Shown here: piece by piece, positions 42,140 to 56,504 of the stretch
How positions within the stretch are numbered: position 1 is the first letter of the stretch
Layout of the letters: the number at the start of each line of letters is the position of its first letter
Source: Lama guanicoe
Lineage: Eukaryota
Reading direction: 5' to 3'
Length of the DNA: 64,000 nucleotides
NCBI GenBank assembly: GCA_013239625.1
Contig: MU053881.1
Coordinates: 7,215,957 to 7,279,956 of the forward strand
The notes under the pieces: generated by a model
The model's database searches: none
What the model was told of the DNA's origin: nothing
What the model saw: the letters and a program-made list of their open reading frames with translations, nothing else
Translations under genes and position numbers: made by a program

Positions 42140-45100
42140 TAACTATGAAACGTTAACATCTGGTTCCAAGGCAGGCATTGCTTTGTTTCCTCACAATCAG
42201 GTCCATGAGGAAATCCTTTTGAGATAAGCACCCCTCCCCTTACTGAACACTAACTACAGGCACTGTGCTAAACTCTGCATGCCCATTTGCACCTCATTTC
42301 ACAGTCTGCCTCGTGAGGTAGGTGTTAATGTCCTCAGGGGAGTTCAGCCACTTGGCCCCACTCACATACAGCATTTTCAGAGAGCAGAAGGGGCCTTCAA
42401 GTCAAATTTTCAGAGACTCGGGACTCAACTCCAGATCTTTCTGACCCCAAACCCTGTGATCTGATTAGTGTATCACACCGCCTCTTCCTCCACAGTAGCA
42501 ATCACACGCCAAGCAGTGAGAACATGTCAAGAACTGTGCTGAACACCGTATATCCATTTCTAAGTACATTATTTCTTTCCAGCAGGGGATAAGGTTGCTG
42601 CAACAGGGTGGATTTTTATAAGCAATAAAAGAGGAAGATCATACAGTGATAAGAGCACAAAATTTGGAGTCAACACCCCCAAGTCTACACCTGCTAACTT
42701 GTTCAGGGCTCAGTTTCCTCATCTGTAGAGTGGGAGCAATTATCCCCCATTCAGAGCTGCCATGAGGAGCAAATGAGAAAATACATGTGAGTGCCTTTTG
42801 TAACAGCAAAATTCTGTACAAACCCGAGAGCTGATTCCCGTCATCACTGGAAAGATCGATGCCCTCTGCGCTGGAAGTCCACTTCCAGTGGCACAGTGCA
42901 AAAATGGTCAAAAGCTGTCATTTCAGTTGATAGCATCTAATTTTGTTTAACAAAAGTGTATGGTTTGATTTTTCTCTATTACTTCTCTCTCTCTGATGAG
43001 AAAGGCATCCAGGGCCTGAGCAACCTGGGTCACCTGTGTCTTCTTTTTGACATGTCTCATTCTCTGCAGCAGAATCCTGCGCCTTCATCCTAACAAGGGC
43101 AGGGGGGCGGGGAGGGGGTGGCTTGGAAGTCAGGAGGCCCCGACCCCCAGGCGAGGCCTTGGGCATTTCTCACTGAACTGTCAACTCTTTACACCTAGGG
43201 AGCCACAGGACCACACAGTGTTGTCACCAAATAACAGAAGTTTCAGGACCTCTCACAGAAAATGCCCTTTACACGGGAATGAAATAGCTCCTCTTAAAAG
43301 GGGGCCCTGGAAAAAGGCTTGTGCATTGGAAAGAATAATTAGGAAGTCTCATCAAATGTGTACCTTTTTTGCTCCTTTTTTGTTTTAGTATCCCCTATCT
43401 TAAGCAAATTTCCCAATCACCAGGAAGACAAAAACCATTACATGTCTAGACTGTTAGGGAGGACAAAAAAACTTTTCCTCATAAGCAAAAAGAATTATTT
43501 TCAACTAACTTCCATTTAAACTTGGGACAGTTTCTTTTTTTCAGCAGCCAGATGATGTTACTTCCTGTTACCTTAAGATGACTTTTTATTTAGGTTCTAC
43601 AAATGAAAAGGGCAAATGGTTATTTCTCAATCTACTGTTGAGTTTCATGCCCTGGCCTTGGGCAATTCATTTCTGGCCTCTGAGTTTCCTCATCTGAAAA
43701 ATGAGGGCCTTTAATCAGGTCCCTTTCAGTTCCGGTGTTCTGATGTTCTAGGCTGAATTAAAAATGATAATATTTGGCTAAAGCATAACCTTCCAACAAG
43801 TCGGAGAGCATTTTCATTTTCGAGTCCCTACTTCAAACATCCGAGGCAAACATTCTAAATTCAGTTACACCCCTGGATGGCTTAGCAAACCTTCATGCAC
43901 ACATCCCTTTCCAATTTTCCAAGAAGAGCGGCCACTGTATGCCTCCACCCCTCATTACCATTCAAAGCCACACCGTTCTTCCAGACAGTATCTATACCCT
44001 TGTATCTAAGCCATTGAGAAGGAACAGGCAATTAATTTGATGAAGGCAAAGAGATCAAAACAACATCCCTGTCATAGTAACTGGGGGAAGATGAAAGTTG
44101 TCTTTTTTTTTTTTTAAACATTTCAAATGACTTCAAACCCTGTGTTGCATCCTGGAAAGTCAGATCTAACAAACTAATACGTCAGTGATGTGAAATACTC
44201 ATCCTCAGGCCTTGCTAAGCTGCAGTCTCTCTCCCTGTGATGGATGGGCCCAGTGCACGTCACTGTACATAAAGCATATGGGTGCGAGATGGATGGCTTG
44301 CTGGAGATGCTACTGTGAAGTTAGCAATCCATAAGGTTTTCTAAGTGGCCCCACCAGCCCAAGGCTATGGCTGCGCTGCTTGCTTCAATCCAGGCACGTG
44401 GGGTCATTGGTTCTATCCAGCTCACGCTCTCTGCCCCGAGAGGAGCCTTCTGCCCACCCACTCCTCAAAGCCTCACTGGCTTTCTTCTTAACCAGGAATC
44501 ACTTTGGTAGATCCTGCTTCACCAAGGAGAGCTCAACCAAGACCAGTGCCCAAAGATTCCACGTACGGCTCTCAGGAGCTCCCACACACCAGGAAAAACG
44601 GACTCCTTTGAGTTCTGCCTGCTGTGGGCTCCAAGGAAAGAGCGTGGGAACTGGCCTTAGGGCTCTAGCTGGCTCCAGGCTGTTTAGTCCCCACTCCCCT
44701 CATCTCTGCTGAGCACTAATCCTAGGACAAGCTACGCAAAGGGTTTCATCAATGCCACCTGTGGTACCCAAGATTAAATAGCACTGAATTACTTATGAGT
44801 GAGAAGGTTATTCTCTTATCAAATTCATTTCAATCTCTCTGATTTGCCTAAAGGGAGAAGCCTGACTTTGTTGCTAGAATGTCTTTAAAAACCTTTCTAA
44901 TGCCCGCTTATCACACTTTGCTAAGAAAAAGCATGTTTCAGGTTCATAGCCATGGGCAAGCAACAGTATTCAGCCAGAATGTAATCCTTTCTAATTCTTT
45001 ATGGAAGCTTTTTAACTTTCAGAACTAGACTCCCTACGTATTTACTCTAAGTGATGCAGGTCTCCATTTTCAAGTTATTTTGCTTGTTTTGTAGCCATGT

Positions 45101-45779
45101 TTTTTAAGGTTAAAAAGTGGATTGATTTAGAGAGGAAAAAAATTAAGTAAATAATTGTGCAGGTGGTGTGTGGGGAGCTTCACAAAAACCATGAAGGTAG
45201 TGAACGAATGATTGCATTTTGGGAAGCAGTGTCCTAAGGAATCAGCTCCCTTTCCTCCCTCCTCCTTCCCTCACCTTGTTCTCTGCTCCTTCAGCCATAC
45301 CTCCCTGTACTTTCTCTTCACATTTACTCTAAAAATCACAGAGCCTTTCTGGAAGGCTTTGACTCCATGACAGATCATGCATTTATCTTCTGGCTGTAGC
45401 TCCCAGGAAAAAATCTGCTTGGTTTAAGTTGTAAAATGCCTCAAATATTTTAAGGGAAAAGAATAGGAAGTCTTTCTCAGAAAAAAAATTTCTTCTATTA
45501 TCCAAGTATGTTCCTTTGGAAATGGAAATGAAGAGACAGCTGCAAACTCACCACTTTCAATGGGTGAGGAGAGAGATTGGCCATGGAAGATTTGAAAGGT
45601 GCTGGAAAGGAGAGAACAACAGAAGAGCTCTTGTTTGTTCAGGGGTCTACCTGGACAAGCTGTCTCTTCCTCTCATCCTTTGCCTCTGTTCATGGTTTCA
45701 CTTGAACTCATGGAGTTTAATTTTAATTTCCAAGACACCACCTTCCCCTACCCTTTTTATGAGTCCTCTCTCTCTCTCT

Positions 45780-46610
45780 CCCCATATGTATATTTGAACC
45801 ACCTACAGATCTTTCCATCTTGATATCTCATGGGTACTTCAAATTCACCATATACCAAAACACACGCCTGATCTTCCTCCACAAAATTCTCTTCCTACAT
45901 TTCTTTTCTTGTTCAACACCATTAACCATGACTCCATAAAGAAATTATAGTCCTCATTGCCTCACTCTGCTCCTTCACAACACACATCAAACTGGATTCT
46001 ACTTTCTTTAGCCAGCCCCTTAGCCTCATCCCCTCTGTCTCTGGTCCATGAAGACCTTCATCATTGGTCACTTCAACACTAACTGGTCTTTTCTGCCACA
46101 GGTCCCTTTTGCCCCATCCTAAGTAATCCTCCACACAGGGTTCTAAATTACCTGAAAAGTAGAATCTGATCATGTCACTCTCCTGCTAAACAATTTCATC
46201 TTGGTTCCTATTGTTTCCTTTAGCTAATTTTTCAAGTCCTTTGAATGTGATACTAAGCCTCTTACCTGCTGGGTCTCGTATTTCCCCCCAGCCACTGGGA
46301 ACTAACTCAGCTGGCTTCAAATACTGTGTGTTCCATCATGCGTAAGTTTCCTCATTTCCTGGAATGCCTTTTATGTCCCGCTTTGTCTGGAAATTTCCTA
46401 GTCTTGCAGCTTAAAAGCCAGTTCCTCTGGATAACCTTACACTCCTTCCCAAGAAGGACCCCCTTGGCACGCACGTTCCTCTGCTGGACCATTTATCCTA
46501 CTGCATTGTAACGCAGTGTTTATGAATTTCTTTGTTCAGCAAATGGCTAGTATCCCAAAGTCGTGGGCCAGTGTCTAATACATAGTTAGTGCTCGACAGA
46601 ATCTCGTCAA
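45780..46610 (+). mobile_element. LINE-2 fragment(s)
   Basis: acctacagatctttccatcttgatatctcatgggtacttcaaattcacc ... atctgatcatgtcactctcctgctaaa ... cagtgtctaatacatagttagtgctc. Confidence 0.65.
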
Positions 46611-47158
46611 AGAAGGGAATGGCTATACTGACTAGGGGAAGAATGAAAAGCTTGAGACAGCTATTTAGATGGCCCAAAAGTCAAGTCATGTTACTACTTG
46701 TGTGTGTCCCTACCCTTAGGTGGGGAAACGGAAAGGCCTTGATTAATCAAATGTTCTTATTAAGGAAGGTAGGCTTCTGTGCAGCAGGTCCACAGCAGAT
46801 CTTTTGGAACTGAATCAAACAGCGACTGAATGTAGCACATGGATTCTCAATTTTCAAATACCTGGGACACGACAAGATGGAACCTAATCAAATCTTCCTT
46901 TGATGACTCAGAGAGCTTGTTGCAATTTCACAGGACATGGGGATCCTTGTTCACCACGGCCATCCAACCTCCTTGCCCAGTACTGCTGTATCAGCCGTGG
47001 CAGGAAAGGCAAAGTCCGATTTGTGGAAAACTGCAAACTCCCTCCAGGCTAAAATCTCTCCCTTCTATGGTGTCTGAACTGCCCCAGTGATCTCTTTGGA
47101 AGAGGGAATTAAGGCATTAGATCTTCAGTGTCTCTTGGCAAAACATCAAAACCCAGCA

Positions 47159-47604
47159 TAGGAGGCAGCACAGTGTCCACACGAGATGTCCACGATCTAA
47201 TTCCTGGACCCTGAGGATGTATTACCTTACTTGGCAAAAGGGACGTTGTAGGTGTGATAAATCTGAGGCTGAGTAGCTTGGATTGTCCAGTTGGGCCTAA
47301 TGGAATCACAAGGATCCTTATAAGGGAAAGAGAGGGAGAGCCTGGGAAGGAGCTGTGACAACAGAAGCAGAGGTAGAAGTGATGTGGTCACAAGCCAAAG
47401 GATGTGGGCAGCCTCCAAAAGCTGGAAAAGGCAAGGGACATATTGTCTCTGGGAGCCTCCAGAAGAAACACAGCTCTGCTGACACTTTGATTTATAGTTC
47501 CAGAGGATTTCTGACCTCCAGAACTCTTAAGAGTCAGATTGTGTTGTTTTTCAAACCGCTAAATTTGCAGTAATATGTTTCGGCAGCAATAGGAAACTAA
47601 CACA
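47159..47604 (+). mobile_element. ERVL-MaLR solo LTR (MLT1C/D-like)
   Basis: MLT1 hallmarks: ttaccttacttggcaaaagggac, gggcctaatggaatcacaaggatccttataag, agcctccagaagaaacacagctctgctgacactttg, and the 3' end gcagcaataggaaactaacaca. Confidence 0.85.
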
Positions 47605-48117
47605 CGTGGATCAAACCCTTACAATTCATCAACTGCTCGCATCCAATGGGAGGCTGGTTTATTTGACTTCGATGATTTTTATAACTGTGACAGCAGGGGA
47701 GAGCAGGCATCTGTTGGGATGAAAACTAGGGGCCAGAAATAAGAAGAGACCTGCCATTTACTGAGCATCTATTATTACTGGTTATTATAAATGCCTTCTG
47801 TTCTCCCTTCTAATCCTCACAACCACATACGATGGGTGAAAATAGTCCCATTTTACAACTGAGGCTCAGGCACTTGCATGATATTCAGGTTAGACCATTG
47901 AGACTGAGAGAGGGAGGCACTCGCACAATTATTCTGAAACTACTAAGTTGCAATGACTGGAACTCAGTCCTCTCTGCCTGTTGGCCGGATTCCACAGCAC
48001 GCTGCCTTCAGAGGCCAGACCTGCCTGAGGGGTATTAGCGCTCAGCAGAACGTGGCATAGCTGAGCTCTCCTCGGCCAAGGGCATCGTGAGGGTGTGTGT
48101 TTGATGCAGGCCCTAAA

Positions 48118-48306
48118 CAGTGCTCTCAGAGCGTGACCCCGGACCAACTGCATCAGAGCCTCCTGGGTACCTGTGAATACTGGATGTTGTTGGCCCTCAC
48201 TCCCCGAACCTGCTGGATCAGAGGCGTGGGTGGAGGACGGGAATCTGCCATTACAGACAGTCCGACTGGGAAAGTCTGATCTCAGTAAAGCTTGACAAAC
48301 ATTCGA
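48118..48306. mobile_element. MER5A-like hAT-Charlie relic
   Basis: cagtgctctcagagcgtgaccccggacca...gcatcag...acctgctggatcaga...gggaatctgc...aaagcttgacaaac. Confidence 0.55.
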
Positions 48307-50134
48307 CTACATAAAATCAGCGTCTTGAAAGGAGGTGGGAGTTGATTTACTAGAAACTTTTGTGACAATCTGCCTACATGTCCACGAATAGAAAGCTCTT
48401 ACTAATACAACAGCCCAGAAACCAGCTTAGTTTTAAATGCATCGTTGGAAAGATGATGCACCTTTCTGCTTGCCTTCAGTTACAGGGTGAGGTGCTCGTG
48501 CACAGACCTAACTGGGGGGTGCAGGTGAGAGCGGAGGCAAAAGGAAAGGGGCGGGGGGGGAGGGGCGCTGGCTCATAGGGTAAGTGTATCTCTTGATGCC
48601 TTCTGTTTCCAGTGAGAAGAGAAAATGGGTTTCTGCCAGTCCGCTTGGGGGCCTGGGCCTTCATTATGCATTACGCAGGGGATTCATTTGTAGCCTCTCC
48701 TTCCACCCGTATCTCCCACCTCCTCGGGCCTCATCTGGATCAGGAAGGGAAGGGCAATCCCTGTTGACTTTCCTCCTCCAATTAAGGTTCAGACCAATTA
48801 GAGCCCAGTTCTGCTCCCAGCCCGAGGGCCCAAATGCTAGCAACTGCCTGCCCTCTGCTGCGGCCTGGAGGAGCAATTGCAAACACCTCATGGTGGGGGG
48901 AGGTCGTGCAAAGCACTGCCCAGCACCTCCCACTTCAGGAGATCCTCACAGGCTCCTGACCCAGGGAACAAGCATGAGGCTGAACTCCGGCATCCTCCAC
49001 CGCCACGCCCTCCTGTCCTCAGAGTCCACAGGCCATGGGCTGCCTTCTCATCATTACTGATTCCTTCATCGCCACAACTCCCCTGAGCCAGGCGGAGAAG
49101 AATTTATGGATATTCAAAGGGAGACTTGCTGCCAAGTGCCTCCCTTTGTATCCTGCGACCAGCATCCCCGTTGCCCCCTCACTGTTTTGATATTCAGAAC
49201 TTATCATAAGGAGTCTCTGGAACACAGGCCAAAGCCGCACAGCTGTGTGCCCTCTAGGAGAAAAGCCAGGCCTTCAAGTAACCAAGGAAAGAGGCTCTGG
49301 AGAGCTATGTGAGTCACCCGGGGTCATGCAGTCAGTGGCGCGCTAAGAGCCTTCTTGAGTTCCTGTCTAGGGCTGAGTTTCCTGGCCACTGGCTCTTGAC
49401 TTTGCCTGCCACTTAAAGCTATTACCTAACTGGAGAAAAAGGCATTTCACTAGAAATGCAATATGCTCCCAGGCCTGTTGAGTTTAGCAGCCAACTTTCC
49501 ACGTAAATTATTTAGTATTTTCCTTTCGTCTGCTTATGATGCACTCCCAGCATGGAGCCAGGTGAACTGCGAGAGCCTCGTCTTCCAGCCACAGTCCTCT
49601 CTCTGGCCAGCAATGAAGCCTGCAGTGAGGAGTAATTATAAAGCACACAGCATGGCTGTTCTTTCCAGTAATCACAATGCCTTTGCAGCTCGTATCCCAT
49701 TTCAGTGCGGACTGAGCAGCGTTCATTTCAAATGTTAACAGCAATACTACCCAGCATCTCCATAACAACTACAGCCACGCATAGCACAGGCATAGAGTCT
49801 GGGGTACACGTGGAAATTTCTCTTAGTCTCAACAGTGTGATCCCCAAGACATTTTCCTCTAGTCCCTGCTTCTCTCGGTATGTTTATCCCTTTCTTCTTC
49901 TCCCCAGAGTGTAAGGGGAAAGAAGTAGAATTTACAGCATCAGCAATTTATCTGCAATAAAAACATGAAACCTGTTTTAATGCATTAATAGCTAAAGAGG
50001 CTGAAACATGCCATAAATATAAAATCAAGCAAGTTGAGAATTTCGCAGGAATAACAAATGGACGGCTGCTGGCATGCGGGCCACAGCTGACCACAGAATG
50101 ACCCAGTCTTTATTTCTCTGTCAAGTTAATGTAA

Positions 50135-50370
50135 CAATCACTACCATTTCTTGCACCAGGCACTGTGCCAGGCATTTTGCTAAGCACTGTACATATATCA
50201 TCTCTTTTCAGCCTCCCAGCCGCCCTAAAATATGGGTGTGGTGATTATTCCCATTTTACAGATGAGGAAACTGAGACTCAGAGAGGATACGTGACTTGTC
50301 CAAGATCCAACAGAGCTAGGGCTTAACCCGGTCCTGCTTTCAGGAGACGTTCCGGTCCCTTCCTCTCTTA
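50135..50370 (-). mobile_element. MIR SINE
   Basis: ccattttacagatgaggaaactgagactcagagagg...gtgacttgtccaag. Confidence 0.85.
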
Positions 50371-53300
50371 CCTTCTGACCTTGCCTTACCAGTGAACATT
50401 TGTGTGAAAGCTCTCTGAAATGGCCTTCTCTTTCTGAGGGCTTAATGTGAACGTATTCTGGACACAGAGCCACAGAACCCAGAGCACAGCCTGCTCTCAC
50501 AGACAGCAGTCGGCAGTGAAGAGTTCTGCAGCCCGGCCCTGCTTATTTACGAGCCAAGAAGAGAACCTGCGATTCCCTGAGGACTCGTCAGCAGACACAT
50601 GCCCAAGGAGAAGGGGTGCACATGCCAAGCTTGAAATGGCTGGGAGTTGTGAGGCTTCAAATTGCACCCTATAAACAATGAGCAAACTGGTCATTAGGAG
50701 AAAGTTTTAGAAACAATAAGCCCTCCAGGCTGGGGGAAAAAAAATAACTAAAATTTCGGCTTGCCCAGACTGTGATTTTTCCCCAGAGATCCCTTCCAAA
50801 GTGGGGTGATTAATCCAAGTGGGCAGGAACAAAACTACCTCGCAGATTCCATTGATTCTCACAGCTAATTCTTTTAAACAGAAAGTTGTAGGAGGTCAGC
50901 AGATCTGTGGTGCACCTGGGTTCTATGGCAAGCGGGGCCACAGAAGCCCTCCACTGAGGATGAAGAGGCAGAAAGGGACTTGGAAGTGGTCTGGTCTTTG
51001 GGGAGATGCCATGGACCACTGGTTTCTCAGCCAGCCTGCTTGGAGTTTATGGCTCCACACTATTTCTCTTGATAAAAGAGCAAGACCCACCTGCCGAGAA
51101 GGAAGAGCAAAGGGCCACTGCAGACCTCAGCAGCCTACACCAGACCTTGAGTTAGCTGCCACCTATGGGGGTGCCCGTCCTCTCTGAGTACGCAGCCTCC
51201 CTGTCAGGATGTCCCTGCAATCTGGGAGAACGGTGGCAGAGCAGACTGGTCAGCTGGGACACGAAGGGTCCTCCATGCAGCCCAGACCCAGGTTGGGTCT
51301 GGTTCCGCAGCGGGCTGCGAGGTCATTCAGGTGCACGGGACTTCTTACCACCCCACCCCACAGCCATCTGGTACCAGGATCTCACACAGGTGAAGACTAC
51401 CATTCTTTCAGTGCTGTGTCTCTCAGTGCACAAGCTTTGGAGTCAGAAAATTTAGGCTCAAATCTCAGCTCTGCCACTTACTATGTGTGCCCTTGGCAGA
51501 ACATTTAACCTCCCCTTGCCTCAGTTTCCTCATTTGTGAAATGAAGGTAGTATCTGTCTCATGGGGCTGTGAGAACTGCATGAGATGTGAGAATTCTGAA
51601 CTTGCAGTAGAGTGTCTGCATACAGATTTCACTTCCTTCTCCATCTCCTCCTTCTCCTTCTCCTCTCCTCCTTCTTCTCCATTTAAATTACTCATGTGTC
51701 TTCACGCAACATGGCCCAGGTGCTCTCTTGTTATATCTTTAACTTCTTAAAGTAAGACTCTGCTAACAGCTAAGCCCTGGGCTAAAACATTTGATACCCT
51801 TTTAGGGAAAAAACAGAGGAGTCAGGAAAGCAAGCAAGCTGAGATTCTGATCATAACTCTGATCATAACTCATGGTGTGACTTCCCTTCACCGACTCACT
51901 TGTCAGTTAAATGGAGATACAACCTCCCTTGATTCCTGAGCTACTGTGAATATGAAATGCAGTGCTGTATAAAAGTAAGAGGTTCTATTGTTTGTTTCTA
52001 GATAAACTTTTACCTCTTTCTGTTTTCACCCAACTTCAGTTTGCCCAGCCAAGATGCTGCATCCAGAATGTGACTCTGCTGTTGGCTTATATATTTATAC
52101 GCATTTATCTACTTTTTCCTTCTCACTGTTTCTCCTTCCAGACAAGCCATGACTTAGGGCTTCTTGCTACTTCCAATTACCTGAAAAAACATCCTTCTGC
52201 TTTTCACCCAGCGTGATGGCTGGAGCACTGATCTGTCAGCGAGATTAGTGAGGTGCCCTCAAGAGGCAAACCTGAAAACTCTTTCCACTCTCGGTTTACA
52301 CACAGCTCCTTTCTAAATGCAAAGTGGCACCGCGCACAGGCTTGGCCGGGCAAGGCTCTAAGGCTCCCCACACAGTGAACTGAGCATCCCTGAACCAGGC
52401 ATCGGGTACTCCCTGCATCCTCAAAGGACCAACCTGGCAGGACCAACCTTGAATGCTCCAGGCTATCTTAACGGGTCCAAGCCTGAATCCTGTACTGTAA
52501 CATTCTCTTGACCACCATTTGTCCCCCACTGTGAGCCAGAGCTCTTTATCAGCTAAGCACTCAGCACTCCTCTTCATCCACATAGAATGGGGATGGGGAT
52601 GGTAAGGGTGGGAGGGCAGGGAGATTAAGAGGGAGGAGAGAAGGGGAAATAAGGCTGGGAAAGTTATTGGTGCTCTGCCTGGGTACCAAACCCAAGTCAC
52701 TCCCCAGAATCTTCAAACAACCCTCTGTTAAGAGTTAGCTTGAATTCTCACCGAGCAAGATCCCCTTTTGAAGAGGTTGCTGAATATGGGGTGGGATGGC
52801 GAAGAAGCTGAGGGGCACCTCTCCTTCTCCACCCAGCCTCAAAATGAGAGACAGATGAGAAAGGGCACTGCCCTCTGCCCACTTACAAAGCAGCTGCTAC
52901 CAAAACAAAATATACTCCTCTTCCTCACTTCCAAACTAAACAGTAGTTTGTCAAACGGATGAATGAGAAGAAAAGTGATGATTTTCCTTTATGTTAATAA
53001 ATTGCTTTGGCCTAAAAAGCATTAATTTCTTTCCAAAGCACACATGCGTCTCTATACTCTGTTATTTGCCTGGCCTTGAAAAGAAAGTCGCTTTTAATCC
53101 CCTTTAAATTGTCAAGACCGGGGTGTGGGGCAGCTGCAAGAGGACGGTGGGGAGCTCTCTAAGTCCCAATGGTTATAATGGAACCCTGTGGTGTTTCCAT
53201 AGAAATATAAAGGGTGTGTTCTTCCCTGAATGTACACAGAGGGGAGGGGTGAAGAGTGATGTTTCCGGCAAAGTGTACAATTACTGAAGAGTTGAAGGTA

Positions 53301-54011
53301 TGAGGGAGCAGGTGAGGCATTCAGTCCCTAAGACAGGAGGACAGAAGACTTAGTGGAGTGGGTGGAGTCCATCTCCTACGTGAGGCCATTATACCTGTCA
53401 TGGTGTTATCTGCACAACCACCCAGGGAGGTAGCTTCATTACCCCCACTTCCAGTTGGGTCCCAGAAAGAGAAGCAACTTGCCCAAGGTCACCCAGCCAG
53501 TAAATGGTACCACCTCGGTTCAAACCCCAGGAGTACTCCACTCGAGAGCCCTTGCTCGATCCTCTACGATGGGCAGCACTTTAAGTTGTGAGCTGAGACA
53601 GACTTTACATTCTGTCTCCCGGCTCTTCCGTCCCCAGGCCTGCCAGTGCTACACACATTCTGGATTCACCTAGAGCGTTACTTTTTCTAGTCGGCATTAG
53701 GATACTGTTGTGAGTCTTGACAAACTCAGGTGGTTTGTTGTTGTTGTTTGAATTACGAAGTCAGAGAAATGTCACACATAAGGAGAAGAAGGAGGCTGGT
53801 TTATGTGTGTGTTCATATAATTTGGGAGAGGTATACAGATGAAGAGCTGGAAAGTAAGGGTAGCTGAGATATATATAAGGCATACTTTTAAAGCAATTGT
53901 TAGTTTAATCATCTGTCTCACACACAGGGAAGCAAGAGCCACAAAAGCAGTATCGACATCTATATCTCATTGTTATGTCCCTGTAACTGAACACAGTGTC
54001 AGACCAAGAGC

Positions 54012-54428
54012 AGGATGGATGATTGGATGGATGGATAGAAGGATGGTTGGTTGGCTGGCTGGCTGGCTGGCTGGCCAAATAAATGAACAGGTGGATGAAT
54101 GGAGGGATGTTTGAATAGCTGGATGATTAGAAGGATGGATGGATGGATGGATGGGTGGTAGGATGGATGGATGGATGGATGGATGGGTGGTAGGATGGAT
54201 GGATGAATAAACAGATGGATGAATGGATCAATGGTTGAATAGCTGGATGACTAGATGGATGGATGAATGGATGGGATGGATAGATAGATGAATGGATGGT
54301 TGGATAAACGAATAGATAGTTAGATGGCTAATCAGTTGGCTGACTGCACAGGTGGATGGTTGGATGAATAAATGGATGGGTGGTAGGATGGATGTATGGA
54401 TGTATGGATGGATGGATGGATAGATGGA
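54012..54428. repeat. Degenerate (TGGA)n / (TGGC)n simple repeat
   Basis: Extended ggatggatggat tract with ggct and gaat variants, about 420 bp. Confidence 0.95.
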
Positions 54429-56504
54429 ATGTCCTATACCAGAAAGCAGAGGAAATTACTAGAATGAGCAGAGGGTACCCACTTTTTTTGGCCCCATGTA
54501 ACACTCTGGGACGAAGATTATTTTTTGCTTTGGTGAAAGGAGGGCAGCAGTATTTCAGGAGCTAGGAGAACTAAGAATGTGGACGTTCTCTGTCTGTGAA
54601 ATAATGCATGAGAGGGTGAGAATCAGAGTTTGCAACTCATTGCTTTAAATTCCTTCCTTAAAGCAATGAGAGATTGCTGGACACAACTCTTCTCCAGCCT
54701 CTGAATCCATTTCCTTAAATTTCAACTGGGAAGAGTGAGGTAAAGGTAGTGGTGACAGAAACCCACCCCAGCTCAGAGACAAACAGGGGTGCAGTGCTGG
54801 GTAGTACCTCCTGGAAGCAGGAGCCTCAGTGTATGTCTGTTAATACTTCTGTTCACTGATCTGGAAAATCCTGAGCTTTGGCTAGAAAGTCTCTAATAGC
54901 TCTTGATATTGGCTAGCATTTACTAAGGACACAGAGTCACCAGATTACCAGAGCCAAAAGGCCAGGGATAAATGCCTGCCTGCCTGTCTGTCTGTCGTCT
55001 TTACTACTTCTCCCCCAGAACCTAGCACAGGGCCTAGTACATGGGAGATACTCAATAAATGCTTGTTGAATGACTAGCTGAATGGAATCCAGTGTTTGTT
55101 GGTGCCTAGCTCTGAGCTGAGTGTTGTACGTGCATGACATTGTCCGTACTTCGCTGAGATCCTAGGAGTAGATACCACGCACATTTTGCAGATAAGGATG
55201 CTGTGGCTTGAATACGAGAAATGACTTTGCCAAGATCTCACAGGTAATCGGTTGCAGAGTTCTGCCTAGGAAAACACAGCCTGTGTTGCTACGTACATTA
55301 TGTAAGTCACCCAGCCAGGAGTATGTCCCACTGAAGGAGACCAGGGAAGAGCAGGAAATAAAGGATGTAAGCTGGGGAGAAGAAAATTCCAGGGAAAACA
55401 TATCAAAAATACAGAAACAGAATAATCAGACACCCATCCCTGCAGCTCCCTATGCACTGACACCCCGCTGGTCTGGCTACGAAACAGGCCGCCCAGCTCT
55501 TCTGACTCTTTAGCTTCTTCCATCTCAGAGTGCCCAGCGACAAGGTCCCATATGGGGGCTTTATTAATCACGTGTGACAATCATGCTTTGTCCTTTTGGC
55601 AGGACTTACTCTGACCCTGGGTCTCTGGGAGGCGACATGGACATAGCATACCGGGACAGAGTCCCTTTAAAGACAGCTCCTTTTCAGCCCAGTTAGGCCA
55701 CATCACAAACCATCAGAGGCTCTGTCATGCTCCATAGGACACATTTCCTTTTCCTCCTTGCCAAACAAGGAGCATGCACTGTTTGCATGACTCTGCATTT
55801 CCTCCACTCTCCACACTCCCACGCTGGCTCCGCATCTTTGGGCCTTCTGAGAGTTCCAGTACGAAATCAGGTAACAAACACAGCCATAAGCTTAAGAGCC
55901 TTCTTACAAGCATCCTGGCACTGGTAACTCCTCTGGGAGCGAATCTCCTAGCGAGGGAAGTGTGGACAGCTAAGGGTAGGGAGTGCCCATGCAGTTTACA
56001 GAGACGTCTCCAGGATTCAGTCTTTCTGGCCCAGCTCTTGAGGTTCTGAGAAGGCTGAGTCAGAGTTACCAGACAGGCTGAGAGTCCCTGACGCCCACCA
56101 GCCTGACTCCCGAGCTCTCAAAGGGCAGCGGGAGTGGGAGCACCCACTGTGCGCGGGCCAGAGCTGCTGCCCTCCCCAGCTTCCGACTGTCTCAACCCCT
56201 GGGAACCCTGGTCCCCAGCAGTGTCATGCTTACTTCACAGACCTGTGCACAGATGATACAATGGAGCCTGGGACATTAATGACTCCAAAACACATTAATA
56301 AAGTAGCAAAAAAAAAAAAATGGAGGTTTGGAAATGCCCATAAAGAAGAGTGTTTGAATACATCTATATAGAGGAATACTATGAAGTAAGCATATGGGTA
56401 GAGCTCTCTGAGACACATCATTAAGTTGAAAAGCAAAGCAAAGAGCAAGACAGAATATATTAGCATTAATAAAGTTAATGATGATAATAATAACAGTAAT
56501 GGGA

